From the NCBI GenBank assembly GCA_045541255.1, contig JAZQIU010000051.1, forward strand, positions 1 through 61,293: a DNA stretch of 61,293 bases, written 5' to 3'. A model generated the notes under the pieces. It saw only the letters and a program-made list of their open reading frames with translations. It ran no database searches and was not told the origin of the DNA. How positions within the stretch are numbered: position 1 is the first letter of the stretch; each line of letters starts with the position of its first letter. The stretch is from Bacilli bacterium (GTDB lineage: Bacteria; Bacillota_I; Bacilli_A; RF39; UBA660). A program made the translations under genes and the position numbers. Positions 1-9,552 of this stretch are shown here, piece after piece.

Positions 1-165
1 GGAAATATAATTATTAAACCAGAACTAGATTATGAAATTGAAGAAAGTTCTACAATAGAATATTATAAATATGAACAAGAATTAAACAACTTAATCAACT
101 CATACAAAGAATGTGGATTTCAAAAAATCCAAAATACAAAATACATGATATTAGTAAATGAATAA
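1..165 (+). CDS. 3' end of a hypothetical protein, truncated by the window edge
   Basis: Frame open from base 1 (GNIIIKPELDYEIE...ILVNE) to TAA at 163-165, followed by a hairpin and T-run. Confidence 0.5.
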   Translation, partial: GNIIIKPELDYEIEESSTIEYYKYEQELNNLINSYKECGFQKIQNTKYMILVNE

Positions 166-192
166 AGTATTAGTAATCTAATACTTTTTTGT

Positions 193-762
193 ATGTTTTT
201 TTACTTTTATTACATATTAATTATAGGTGATATTATGAGTTTAAAAAAACAAAAAATTATAAGTATATTTATAGCATTTGGTTTATGCTTTCCTCTACAC
301 TTTTTATATGATAAATTTCCATCTTTCTTTACTAGTATATTTAGTCCTGTAAACGAAAGTATTTGGGAACATATGAAATTATTATTTGGAAGTATAATTA
401 TTACCGGTATAATACAAAAAATATACTTAATAATTAAAAAAGAAAAAATAAAAAATATATGTTTTTCAAATTTTATAGGAGCTTGTTTTTCTATCCCAAT
501 ATATTTAATAATATTTTTACCACTATATTCTATTATTGGTGAAAGTATGGTGTTAGCAATTTCAGTAATGTTAATTAGTATAATACTCGCTGAATATATT
601 TCATATAAATTAACTTTTGTTAAAGATTTTAAATTAGAAAAATTAACAATATTATTTGTAATAATAACTTATATAATATTTACTCTATTATCTTATTATC
701 CAATAAAAAATGATTTATTTATAGATAAAAAGACTTCTAGTTATGGGATATCAAAAAAATAA
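193..762 (+). CDS. Multi-pass membrane protein (DUF6512-like); true start probably ATG 235
   Basis: Five hydrophobic segments; HFLYD and VNESIWEHMKL motifs; GGTGA SD before ATG 235. Confidence 0.6.
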   Translation: MFFYFYYILIIGDIMSLKKQKIISIFIAFGLCFPLHFLYDKFPSFFTSIFSPVNESIWEHMKLLFGSIIITGIIQKIYLIIKKEKIKNICFSNFIGACFSIPIYLIIFLPLYSIIGESMVLAISVMLISIILAEYISYKLTFVKDFKLEKLTILFVIITYIIFTLLSYYPIKNDLFIDKKTSSYGISKK

Positions 763-1560
763 CTACCTTTTAAAGGTAGTTTTATTTCTAGATTTAATTA
801 AAATTCTATATTCTTCATCCTCTAATTCAACATTCCTTCTAGCATAAGCATATAATTGATTAGCTTTATTTATCATATTTGTTTTATTTAAAGAAGAATC
901 AGCGATAGCATCTAAATATAAATCAATGAATTCCTGTTCGGGGATATTTTCTTTATAAAATGATTTCCTATAATTTTCATCAGTATAAACTCTAAAAACT
1001 TTAGAAGTTTGTACTTCAGGTAAGCCATTTAATCGATGATAAAATTTACGAATCTTTTCAAGAGTTAAATGATATAAATGAAAAAAGTAAAGACTATCAT
1101 CTTCAAATGCTTTATTTAATTTTTCCATTCTATTATTAAGAATTGATACATATTCTCTAGCATCTTCTTTTTCTAAAGCTGGTAAAGGTTTAGAAAACTT
1201 ATTTAAAGCATATTCTTGTAACTTTTTTAATTCACCATTTTTATCAAATATAATTCTTGAAGTACCTATTATAGATAATAGTGCATTATTTTGATTTAAA
1301 TAATCATTATCTATTGATAAATATAAGTCACTAATAGGCTTTTCAAAATATTCAATACGAATACCATCAATATATTTTGTTCCTCTTATTAAATGGTTTA
1401 AATCTACATCATCAAAAATAACATGTAAATCAATATCAGATTTTTTATTATTATATCCAGTTAAAAAACTACCATAAAAGAAAACTCCTAAAACATGGTT
1501 ATTTTCTAAATATTCCATACTTTTAATAAATTTATCAATAATTAAAGATACTTCAGCCAT
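763..1560 (-). CDS. Nucleotidyltransferase-domain protein (Pol-beta superfamily)
   Basis: GS-x(10)-DID motif (YGSFLTGYNNKKSDIDL) plus helical C-terminal domain. Confidence 0.75.
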   Translation of the reverse strand: MAEVSLIIDKFIKSMEYLENNHVLGVFFYGSFLTGYNNKKSDIDLHVIFDDVDLNHLIRGTKYIDGIRIEYFEKPISDLYLSIDNDYLNQNNALLSIIGTSRIIFDKNGELKKLQEYALNKFSKPLPALEKEDAREYVSILNNRMEKLNKAFEDDSLYFFHLYHLTLEKIRKFYHRLNGLPEVQTSKVFRVYTDENYRKSFYKENIPEQEFIDLYLDAIADSSLNKTNMINKANQLYAYARRNVELEDEEYRILIKSRNKTTFKR

Positions 1561-1588
1561 ATTACTTTCCCCCCTGTTTTATCATAGA

Positions 1589-2056
1589 TTACTTATTATA
1601 TCTTTTATCTCCCCACCAATTAGGAATTAAATCTTTTAATAATACAATCTCTCTTTTATCATAATCAGTCATAATTTCCATATTTCTATTTTCATAATCC
1701 AATTGCATTAAAAATTCTCTACAAGCACCACAAGGCATACCACCATTATTTTTAGGTGCTTCTTTTCTAAAGGCAATCATTCTTTTTATCTTTGTTTCTC
1801 CAGTACTCATATACATATTAAGAGCGGCAACCCTTTCTGCACATAAATTCATTACTCCACTTGCACTTTCAATACAGAAACCTGTAAATATTTGTCCACT
1901 TTCACTTTCTACAGCAGCTACAACATGATGAGCTTGTATAAACGGAGATACTTCCTCAGGATGATACTCTTCCTTTGCTTTTAAATACATTTTTTCCCAT
2001 ATATCCATTATTATCAACTCCTTTAATATTACAAATATTATAGCACATTTTAACAA
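1589..2056 (-). CDS. cdd: Cytidine deaminase, three-Cys type; start probably MDIWEK at 2008
   Basis: CAE and PCGACRE zinc motifs. Confidence 0.8.
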   Translation of the reverse strand: MLKCAIIFVILKELIIMDIWEKMYLKAKEEYHPEEVSPFIQAHHVVAAVESESGQIFTGFCIESASGVMNLCAERVAALNMYMSTGETKIKRMIAFRKEAPKNNGGMPCGACREFLMQLDYENRNMEIMTDYDKREIVLLKDLIPNWWGDKRYNK

Positions 2057-2086
2057 AAACTTTTTAAATAAAAAAGTATTAGAATT

Positions 2087-3205
2087 CTAATACTTTTTAT
2101 TTTTTTTATATGTATTAACAATAAATTTACTTTTATTTAAAATTCTGTCTATAGAAGAAGATATTGTATCTGTTGAAGATACATAAAACTCCCACATTTC
2201 AATATATTTCGTAAAAGCTTTACTAAATTTACGTTCCTTAAAATCTTTTAATTTAAAATCACTTGTTAATTTATCTAATCTGTCATTAGCATCATCTATT
2301 TGATTTTGAGATATTTCTAAATCTTTCATTATCTTTTTAACTTCTTGTATAGGTAAATCTTCTATTTCTAATAAAGAAAGATAACAATTTTCAAGATGAT
2401 TCCAATACTCAGAAATTGATATAGTATGTTCTTCCAATTGTATAGCTAAAGTCTCTATTGGAAAAGCTAATTTTCTAAATATATTTTTTATTAAAGAAGA
2501 ATTATCATTTACGCTTTGTTTTCTAATATCAATAATTTCAAATGTTGATTCTTTTATAAGATTACAAGTTCCATGAATTTCTTCACATATAACCGATATT
2601 TCTTTATTTATATTCCCTAAATATTTTTTTATTTCTATTTCATACTCAGAAAAACTCATTTGTTCTATTTGAGGTATATTAGAATCTAAATTCATAGGAA
2701 TAGTTGTATTTAATTCTACTGATGGTAAATAATCAGAAACTGGATTACCATATTTTATAGAACCATCAATAGCACCATCTAATAATTCTCTTAATTTCTT
2801 CTTTAAAATAGGAATTTTATGAAAAATCATATTATATTCATTAGCTTTATAAGATTTTATATCAAATGGCAATTCAGAAATATTTTGAGTAATAATTATA
2901 ACTTTTTTATTCATTGCATGTGCCAATCCTAACTCATAAAAAACATTTGGATTTAACCCCGTCAAATCAGCAATCACGACATCAGCCATATTTATACCCT
3001 CAACAATGTTTTGTAATATATTTTGTTGGTTTTCTAAATCTCCTGCATTAATAAATTCATACTCTTTTGAAAATTCATATTTTAACTCTTCAAATAAAGA
3101 GAAAAAATCATCTTCAAATGGCATAATAACAAATACTTTAGGTCTTACTTTCATTTCTTTATTCCCCCAGTCTAAAACAAAAGAATTAGTATTTAATTCT
3201 TTCAT
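2087..3205 (-). CDS. Nucleoside 2-deoxyribosyltransferase/TIR-like domain fused to a coiled-coil helical domain
   Basis: KVFVIMPF...VIADLTGLNPNVFYELGLAHA...LPFDI motifs; heptad-rich C-terminal half. Confidence 0.65.
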   Translation of the reverse strand: MKELNTNSFVLDWGNKEMKVRPKVFVIMPFEDDFFSLFEELKYEFSKEYEFINAGDLENQQNILQNIVEGINMADVVIADLTGLNPNVFYELGLAHAMNKKVIIITQNISELPFDIKSYKANEYNMIFHKIPILKKKLRELLDGAIDGSIKYGNPVSDYLPSVELNTTIPMNLDSNIPQIEQMSFSEYEIEIKKYLGNINKEISVICEEIHGTCNLIKESTFEIIDIRKQSVNDNSSLIKNIFRKLAFPIETLAIQLEEHTISISEYWNHLENCYLSLLEIEDLPIQEVKKIMKDLEISQNQIDDANDRLDKLTSDFKLKDFKERKFSKAFTKYIEMWEFYVSSTDTISSSIDRILNKSKFIVNTYKKNKKY

Positions 3206-4556
3206 TAATGTAATTTACTAATTCTTCTATTTTTATAGTTTCTTGAGACATTGTATCTCTATCTCTAATTGTTACAGTATTATTTTCTAATGATTCATCA
3301 TCTATAGTTATTGCAAAAGGTGTACCTATTGCATCACATCTTCTATAACGTTTACCAATACTTCCTGCTTCATCATAAGTAACATTAAATTCACTACATA
3401 ATTTAGCATATACTTCCATAGCTTTATCACTATGCTTTTTCTTTATTAAAGGTAAAATTGTTGCTTTAACAGGAGCTAAATATGGATGTACTTTAAATAC
3501 TTCTCTAACATCTCCTGATGCAATTTCTTCGCGTTTTAATCCGTCACATAATACTGCTAAGAATAATCTATCTAATCCTACACTAGGTTCAATAACATAT
3601 GGTAAATACTTTTCATTTGTTTCAGGATCTAAATATCTTAAATCTTGTTTAGAATGTTCCATATGTACACCTAAATCATAATCAGTTCTATCAGCAATTC
3701 CCCATAATTCACCCCAACCAATAGGATAATTATATTCTATATCAGTTGTTGCTTTTGAATAAAAAGATAACTCTTCTTTTTTATGATCTCTAAATCTTAA
3801 ATTATTAGCATCTATTCCTAAACTTTTTAAGAAATCCATACAATAATTTTTATAATAACCAAACCATTCTAAATCAGTATTTGGTTTACAGAAAAACTCT
3901 AATTCCATTTGTTCAAATTCACGCGTACGGAAAATAAAGTTTCCAGGTGTAATTTCATTTCTAAAACTCTTACCAGTTTGACCAATACCAAAAGGTAATT
4001 TAGTTCTCATACTTCTTTGTACATTTAAGAAATTTGTAAAAATACCTTGAGCTGTTTCTCCTCTTAAATAACAAATACTTTTAGAATCATCTGTAACTCC
4101 AATATGAGTTTCAAATAATAAATTAAATTTTCTTATATCAGTAAATTCCCCGCTACCACATTTAGGACAAGCGATTTCATTATCTTTAATAAAATCTTCT
4201 AATTTTTTATTATCCCATCCATCTCCAGTTTCTTTACCATTTGTAAAATCTTCAATTAATTTATCCGCTCTATATCTAGCTTTACATTTCTTACAATCTA
4301 ATAATGGATCTGCAAATGATGCAACGTGACCTGAAGCTACCCAAACTTGTGGATTCATTAAAATTGCAGCGTCCAACCCATAATTATATGGATTTTCTTG
4401 AATAAATTTTTTCCACCATGCACGTCTAATATTTTCTTTTAATTCTTTACCTATAGGACCGTAATCCCAAGTATTTGATAAACCTCCATATATTTCACTT
4501 CCTTGAAATATAAAACCATATTGTTTTGAATAATTTACTATATCATCCATTTTCAT
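3186..4556 (-). CDS. glyQS: Glycyl-tRNA synthetase, alpha2 (GlyQS) type
   Basis: IYGG, LRGETAQGIF, FRNEITP, EFEQMELEFF, IEPSVG and SIGKRYRR motifs. Confidence 0.97.
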   Translation of the reverse strand: MKMDDIVNYSKQYGFIFQGSEIYGGLSNTWDYGPIGKELKENIRRAWWKKFIQENPYNYGLDAAILMNPQVWVASGHVASFADPLLDCKKCKARYRADKLIEDFTNGKETGDGWDNKKLEDFIKDNEIACPKCGSGEFTDIRKFNLLFETHIGVTDDSKSICYLRGETAQGIFTNFLNVQRSMRTKLPFGIGQTGKSFRNEITPGNFIFRTREFEQMELEFFCKPNTDLEWFGYYKNYCMDFLKSLGIDANNLRFRDHKKEELSFYSKATTDIEYNYPIGWGELWGIADRTDYDLGVHMEHSKQDLRYLDPETNEKYLPYVIEPSVGLDRLFLAVLCDGLKREEIASGDVREVFKVHPYLAPVKATILPLIKKKHSDKAMEVYAKLCSEFNVTYDEAGSIGKRYRRCDAIGTPFAITIDDESLENNTVTIRDRDTMSQETIKIEELVNYINERIKY

Positions 4557-4558
4557 AA

Positions 4559-5104
4559 TTACTTCTCCTTAACCATACTTTCTTCAACTATTTTTTCTAC
4601 ATCACTAACACTATTTGCTATATAGAAACAATCAAATAAAGATTCAGAAATAAATTCTGTTTCTATATTTTTCTTCATCCAATTAATTATGTTATCATAA
4701 AATCCTTCATAATTAACAATGATAATTTTTTTATTACCTAATGAAGCTCTATACTCTTCTATAGCACATGTTAATTCTGCTAATGTTCCTATTCCACCAG
4801 GTAATATTACTATATAGTCACTTCTAAAATACATTTTTTGAAATCTAACTAATGTATCCTTAACTCTATAACATTTTGCCTTAGGAATTTTTTTAAAATC
4901 TCTTTCATATTTAGGAACAGTATAAGCATAAATCTTTCTATTATTTTTAACAAACGCTTTATAACAAGCTCCCATCATAGATTCATTTGCAGCACCAAAT
5001 ACTAAATCAAAATTTCTAGTAGCGAATACATTTGAAACTTCACTAGCCAAATTTAAAAAACTCTCTAAACTAGTACTATATGCACTAGCTATAAATACTT
5101 TCAT
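4559..5104 (-). CDS. LOG-family nucleotide phosphoribohydrolase
   Basis: PGGIGTLAE motif in a Rossmann-like fold. Confidence 0.8.
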   Translation of the reverse strand: MKVFIASAYSTSLESFLNLASEVSNVFATRNFDLVFGAANESMMGACYKAFVKNNRKIYAYTVPKYERDFKKIPKAKCYRVKDTLVRFQKMYFRSDYIVILPGGIGTLAELTCAIEEYRASLGNKKIIIVNYEGFYDNIINWMKKNIETEFISESLFDCFYIANSVSDVEKIVEESMVKEK

Positions 5105-5119
5105 AAATAACCTCCTTTT

Positions 5120-5230
5120 TTTAATAAAAAAAAGACTTAATTATAGGGGCGAAAAAATCGCGGTCCCACCCTACTTTTGTCTCTTGTATCTTCATAGCTC
5201 GGAATTTTCCACATTCGTCATCACTTACAT
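5120..5230 (-). promoter_or_regulatory. Glycine T-box riboswitch with ultrashort Stem I
   Basis: Minus strand AGGGUGGGACCGCG T-box with antiterminator UAGGG/CCCUA and GCGA/UCGC (5144-5173); K-turn Stem I at 5196-5225 with loop GUGGAAA containing Gly codon GGA; upstream of glyQS. Confidence 0.85.
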
Positions 5231-5235
5231 AATAT

Positions 5236-5264
5236 ATTCTATTATATTTTTTTTATTTTGTAAA
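5236..5264 (-). promoter_or_regulatory. SigA promoter for the T-box/LOG/glyQS operon
   Basis: TTTACA-17bp-TAGAAT on the minus strand. Confidence 0.65.
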
Positions 5265-5295
5265 CATTTTATGATATATTAATTATGGTGATTTT

Positions 5296-5649
5296 ATGAA
5301 ATTAGTTGGTGAATCATATTTAGAAATCAAAAAAAGTAAATTTTATGGTTTACTATATGAAATAAATTCTATAGATGAAGTAAATGAAATATTAGAAAAC
5401 TTAAAAAAAGAACACAAAAAGGCAAGACATTTTCCATATGCTTACAAAATAAATAATACTGCAAAAAAAACTGATGACAAAGAACCTAGTGGTACATGTG
5501 GAACTCCACTATTAAATGTATTAGAAAGAAATAATTTAAATAACCACTTAATAGTAGTTATAAGATATTTTGGAGGAGTTAAATTAGGTGCTGGACCATT
5601 ACTCAGAAGTTATAGCAAATGCGCTAATGAAGTTATAAATTTAAAATAA
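5296..5649 (+). CDS. yigZ: YigZ/IMPACT family protein, N-terminal domain only
   Basis: EIKKSKF, HKKARH, DDKEPSGT and RYFGGVKLG motifs. Confidence 0.85.
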   Translation: MKLVGESYLEIKKSKFYGLLYEINSIDEVNEILENLKKEHKKARHFPYAYKINNTAKKTDDKEPSGTCGTPLLNVLERNNLNNHLIVVIRYFGGVKLGAGPLLRSYSKCANEVINLK

Positions 5650-5678
5650 TTGAATAGTATTTATTAGGTGATTAACTA

Positions 5679-6038
5679 ATGAATACTTTTTATAAATATA
5701 TAAAATCATTAATTATATTTTTAATTTCAATTGTTACTATACCAATATTTTTAACTATATTTAATTTATTAAAACTAAAAACAAATAGAATTATGATTAT
5801 AATTATTGGTTCTTTATTAATGTTTATTATAGGACTAATATTAGGTAAAAAAAGTGAAGCGAAAGGATATTTACAAGGTTTACTCCTCTCAGTAATAACA
5901 ATACTAATATTAGTTATTCTATCATTAATATTTAGATTTCCTCTTAATATAAATACTTTAATATATTATGTTATACTTACTATCACAACTATATTTGGCT
6001 CTATGATTGGAATAAACAAAAAAACGAAGACTAATTAA
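5679..6038 (+). CDS. Small four-TM membrane protein (TIGR04086/DUF3792-like)
   Basis: GKK..KGYLQG and GSMIGIN motifs; 4 hydrophobic helices. Confidence 0.6.
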   Translation: MNTFYKYIKSLIIFLISIVTIPIFLTIFNLLKLKTNRIMIIIIGSLLMFIIGLILGKKSEAKGYLQGLLLSVITILILVILSLIFRFPLNINTLIYYVILTITTIFGSMIGINKKTKTN

Positions 6039-6043
6039 AGTCT

Positions 6044-6811
6044 TCATTTTTTATTATATTTTTTTATTTTAATATTTTGTATATGATAATTAATTCTTAA
6101 TAATAATTTAGTAGGAACTAACCTTGTCATAAAAACTGCAAGTTTTATTTTAAACGTAGGAATAATTATTAATTTGTTTTTAAACATATTATCTATTGCA
6201 TATTTAGCAACATATTCACTTGTCGCACTTTTTGTATTAAAACTACCACCAGCTACATTATTAAAATTTGTATCAACAGGTCCAGGACATAAAACAGATA
6301 CTTTTACATTAGAATTTACTTGTCTTAATTCCTCATATATTGCTAAACTTTCCTTTAAAACATAATTTTTAGTTGAATAATAAGTAGATAATTTAGGTCC
6401 AGCCATAAATCCTGCAGTAGAGGCAACATTCATTATATATCCCTTATCTTTTTTTACAAAATCTTGCAAAAATAACTTAGTTAAAATATGTACTGCAACG
6501 ATATTTAAATTTATCATATTTAACTCTCTACTCAAATCAGTATCTACAAAATTACCAAATAAACCAAAACCTGCATTATTTATTAAAATATCAATATCTT
6601 TATCTTTAGTTATTTCATATAACTTATATACATTATCTTGTACACTTAAATCTATATCTATTACTTCCACATCAGTCTTACACTTCTCTTTAACAGAATT
6701 TAAAGCATCAATATTTCTACCTACCAATATTAAATCTATTCCCTTACTAGATAGATAATAAGCCATATCTCTACCTATTCCACTACTACCACCAGTAATT
6801 AATGCTTTCAT
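6044..6811 (-). CDS. SDR family oxidoreductase
   Basis: TGGSSGIG, NNAGFG and YYSTK motifs. Confidence 0.9.
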   Translation of the reverse strand: MKALITGGSSGIGRDMAYYLSSKGIDLILVGRNIDALNSVKEKCKTDVEVIDIDLSVQDNVYKLYEITKDKDIDILINNAGFGLFGNFVDTDLSRELNMINLNIVAVHILTKLFLQDFVKKDKGYIMNVASTAGFMAGPKLSTYYSTKNYVLKESLAIYEELRQVNSNVKVSVLCPGPVDTNFNNVAGGSFNTKSATSEYVAKYAIDNMFKNKLIIIPTFKIKLAVFMTRLVPTKLLLRINYHIQNIKIKKYNKK

Positions 6812-7455
6812 AATAAATTCCTTCTTTCTAATATATCAATCATCAATAATAAATACGATGTTGCTAAACAAGCACCAGCCATCACATCACTAAAAAAATG
6901 TGCTCCCAAATATATTCTGCTCACCATAATCAAAATTATTAATACAGTTAATAAACTATTAATTATATATTTATACACTTTTTCTAATTTTGTTTTATTA
7001 ATTAAATATATTAAAAAACCATAAAATACAACTGCTACCATACTATGACCACTTGGAAAAGAATATGTTGTCTCCGTTACTAAATTAATTAATGTTGGTC
7101 TTTCCCTTTTAATAATTACTTTTAAAATATTATTAATAAATACTTCTCCTAAAATTATCCAATTTATAATTAATGGCAACTTACCTTTAAATAAACTAAG
7201 AATAAATAAAAGTATTACAATACAAGTTATAAACTTAGTACTTGCTAAAAAAGTAATATACTTCATAAAATTTGTAAACCAATTACTTTTAAAATTTATA
7301 ATCAAATCATAAACAATATCATCTAAAAAATTAACTCTATTAAATAGATATAACATTAAAAATAATATAAATAAAATAAATGTACTAATAATCAAAATTC
7401 TTCTTTTCATAATATCACAATTAAAGTATATCATAACATAAAAAAAATAATTCAT
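6808..7455 (-). CDS. PAP2-family membrane phosphatase
   Basis: K..RERP, SFPSGH and SRIYLGAHF..D motifs. Confidence 0.9.
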   Translation of the reverse strand: MNYFFYVMIYFNCDIMKRRILIISTFILFILFLMLYLFNRVNFLDDIVYDLIINFKSNWFTNFMKYITFLASTKFITCIVILLFILSLFKGKLPLIINWIILGEVFINNILKVIIKRERPTLINLVTETTYSFPSGHSMVAVVFYGFLIYLINKTKLEKVYKYIINSLLTVLIILIMVSRIYLGAHFFSDVMAGACLATSYLLLMIDILERRNLL

Positions 7456-7488
7456 ATTTTTAGAATTATTATTTATTTTATGTAAACA

Positions 7489-8007
7489 TTATTTTAATTT
7501 AAAAACACTTTTTATCTTACCAACGATAAATACTATATCATCACACTTCTTTATTGCAACACGTTTAAATATAGCTTTACCACCTACTGTTAATGAAGAT
7601 ATAATAGCTGATACTATAATAGAACTTATTGCAATATTACCACCAAAAAATTTTGATAAACTTATTGAAACCATCGCTCCCATACCACCACTTATTATTC
7701 CACATATATCTCCTATAACATCATTACAAACACTTGATACTTTTACTGAGTTTTTTATAAGACTTAAAGATTCTTTAGCACCTTTAATTTTTCTTGAAGA
7801 TTTTGCATGAAAAGTAGCTTCATTACTTGTCAAGCTCGCTGTACCTATCATATCAAATACTATACCTATAGCAATAACTAATATAGTAATTATTATCATT
7901 ACAACAATATTAGCATTAGATGTTATTGCATTAGATATAAAACTAAATATCACTGAAAGAAAAAAAGTCATTAAAAAAACTTTATATATCCAGTTATCTT
8001 TTTTCAT
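7489..8007 (-). CDS. oapA: OLE-associated protein A
   Basis: Four TM helices with GIVFDMIG, FHA...RKIKGAK and CNDVIGDICGIISG; immediately downstream of an OLE-like RNA. Confidence 0.85.
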   Translation of the reverse strand: MKKDNWIYKVFLMTFFLSVIFSFISNAITSNANIVVMIIITILVIAIGIVFDMIGTASLTSNEATFHAKSSRKIKGAKESLSLIKNSVKVSSVCNDVIGDICGIISGGMGAMVSISLSKFFGGNIAISSIIVSAIISSLTVGGKAIFKRVAIKKCDDIVFIVGKIKSVFKLK

Positions 8008-8039
8008 TTACCGACACCCCTTATATAAAGTTGGAATTT

Positions 8040-8506
8040 TTGTATGGTATGTTATAAATTAATTTTACGGCTTTGGTCGAGTTGAATTTCTCTATTTCCT
8101 CTCCGTCGGTTACCCTAAGGCGATTTCTCTTTATAAGGAAATAATTAAAAGTCACCTATTTAATTACTCGATTACCACTTAGTCCGTACTTCAAACCTTA
8201 TAACTTGACACGCTAGAAGTTTTCCTTAACACAACTAACCTATCCTTATTCGCTTTTGCAACTATATTTTCATGAATTAAAATCGTCAATCCCATATAAT
8301 CACTCACGACATGCACTTTTTGTAATACTATTGACGCAATAAAAGGATTTAAATTGTATGCCATTACAATCGTCCTTAAATTTTAAATTATATATCCACC
8401 CTAATTTGGGCAACTAAAGCAAATATACAAAGTGTCATTCGTACAATTGATGGATTTTTAGCCCCACCTTCAAATAGTGTTTATGACTAGCATAATGCAC
8501 CACACG
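8040..8506 (-). ncRNA. ole: OLE (ornate, large, extremophilic) RNA, compact variant
   Basis: ORF-free 0.5 kb, richer in GC than its flanks; OLE-like segments GGUGCAUUAUGCUAGUC, UUGAAGGUGGGGCUAAAAAUCC, GGAAAACUUCUAG and GUACGGACUAAGUGGUAAUC; ends pair (GUGUGGUG/UACCAUAC); directly upstream of oapA. Confidence 0.85.
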
Positions 8507-8512
8507 AATAAA

Positions 8513-8541
8513 ATTATAGCATATTTTAATACTTTTGTCAA
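8513..8541 (-). promoter_or_regulatory. Consensus SigA promoter for ole-oapA
   Basis: TTGACA-17bp-TATAAT with an extended TG. Confidence 0.85.
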
Positions 8542-8599
8542 AATTTCATAAATATACCTACATATATATAATATGAATATAATTAAAAAAAAATGAAAG

Positions 8600-9292
8600 T
8601 TAACAACCTTCATCTGTAGAACAAACATTAACACTTAATTTATCTATTAAAGTTTGATATTTATTTCTTAATTCTTTTATTTGCATTTCATCTAATTCAT
8701 CTGTAGAATTAATTTGACTATCTACACTCTTAAAATGTAAACCAACATATTTACCATCTTTAACAAATACAACTGTTGGAGCTAAAACTTTCTTTTCTCC
8801 ACTTCTTAAACTTTCTTCAGAAAATACTGAAGTTATATCTTCTCCAATAATATCCAAAATATCTTCATATATTTCAACTTTTTTTATATCATTGTCATTT
8901 TCATATGCAGTTCTTAAATTTTTAAAGTCATAATAATATAAAGTATCAATATTATTATCCTTTACAACTTTAACTAATGTTGGCAAAATACTTCTACACC
9001 AATTACAATCAGACCAACCAAAATATATTACATTTGTACCAGTCTTTAATAAATCTAAAATTTCATCATCACTAACATAACTTACATTATTATCACTATC
9101 TATATCAATAGTTTTTAAAACATAATTTTCCGCTAACTCAATACCATTTTTACTTTCATATTCTTCTTTAAATTTTATTTCGTCCTCTGTAAAATTAAAA
9201 TTTTGTTCATCTGTCTTCATAAAAATTAATACTAAAGACATAACACCTATTATTACAATTAAACTAATAACTATTACTATATTTTTTTTCAT
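8600..9292 (-). CDS. Membrane-anchored thioredoxin-fold protein
   Basis: N-terminal TM, CNWC motif, APTVVFVKDGK cis-Pro loop. Confidence 0.75.
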   Translation of the reverse strand: MKKNIVIVISLIVIIGVMSLVLIFMKTDEQNFNFTEDEIKFKEEYESKNGIELAENYVLKTIDIDSDNNVSYVSDDEILDLLKTGTNVIYFGWSDCNWCRSILPTLVKVVKDNNIDTLYYYDFKNLRTAYENDNDIKKVEIYEDILDIIGEDITSVFSEESLRSGEKKVLAPTVVFVKDGKYVGLHFKSVDSQINSTDELDEMQIKELRNKYQTLIDKLSVNVCSTDEGC

Positions 9293-9319
9293 TTAATACT
9301 TCATTCCTTACTTCTTTTA

Positions 9320-9469
9320 TTATTTAACTATATCTATTTTATATTGATTATTATATTTACCAAAATCTATATTTAAAAGCATATAATAACTTATACCTAT
9401 ACCAATTTCAATAGTAGCCATTATAATAGCAAAAATAGTGATAAATTTATCTATCTTACTCTTTTTCAT
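9320..9469 (-). CDS. Small single-TM protein, 49 aa, absent from the ORF track
   Basis: MKKSKIDKFITIFAIIMATIEIGIGISYYMLLNIDFGKYNNQYKIDIVK; AGGTGA SD upstream. Confidence 0.55.
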   Translation of the reverse strand: MKKSKIDKFITIFAIIMATIEIGIGISYYMLLNIDFGKYNNQYKIDIVK

Positions 9470-9552
9470 AAATTGTCACCTACTAATAATTATAATGTAA
9501 ATTTAAATATTTTACAATATACAATAAAATATTATTTTGTTATAATAATATT

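Noticed and set aside
8040-8506. Alternative calls of tmRNA, RNase P RNA or group I/II intron for the large ncRNA
   Set aside because: No tRNA-like ends or tag ORF, no RNase P P4 consensus, no intron domain V; OLE-like blocks and oapA adjacency fit better
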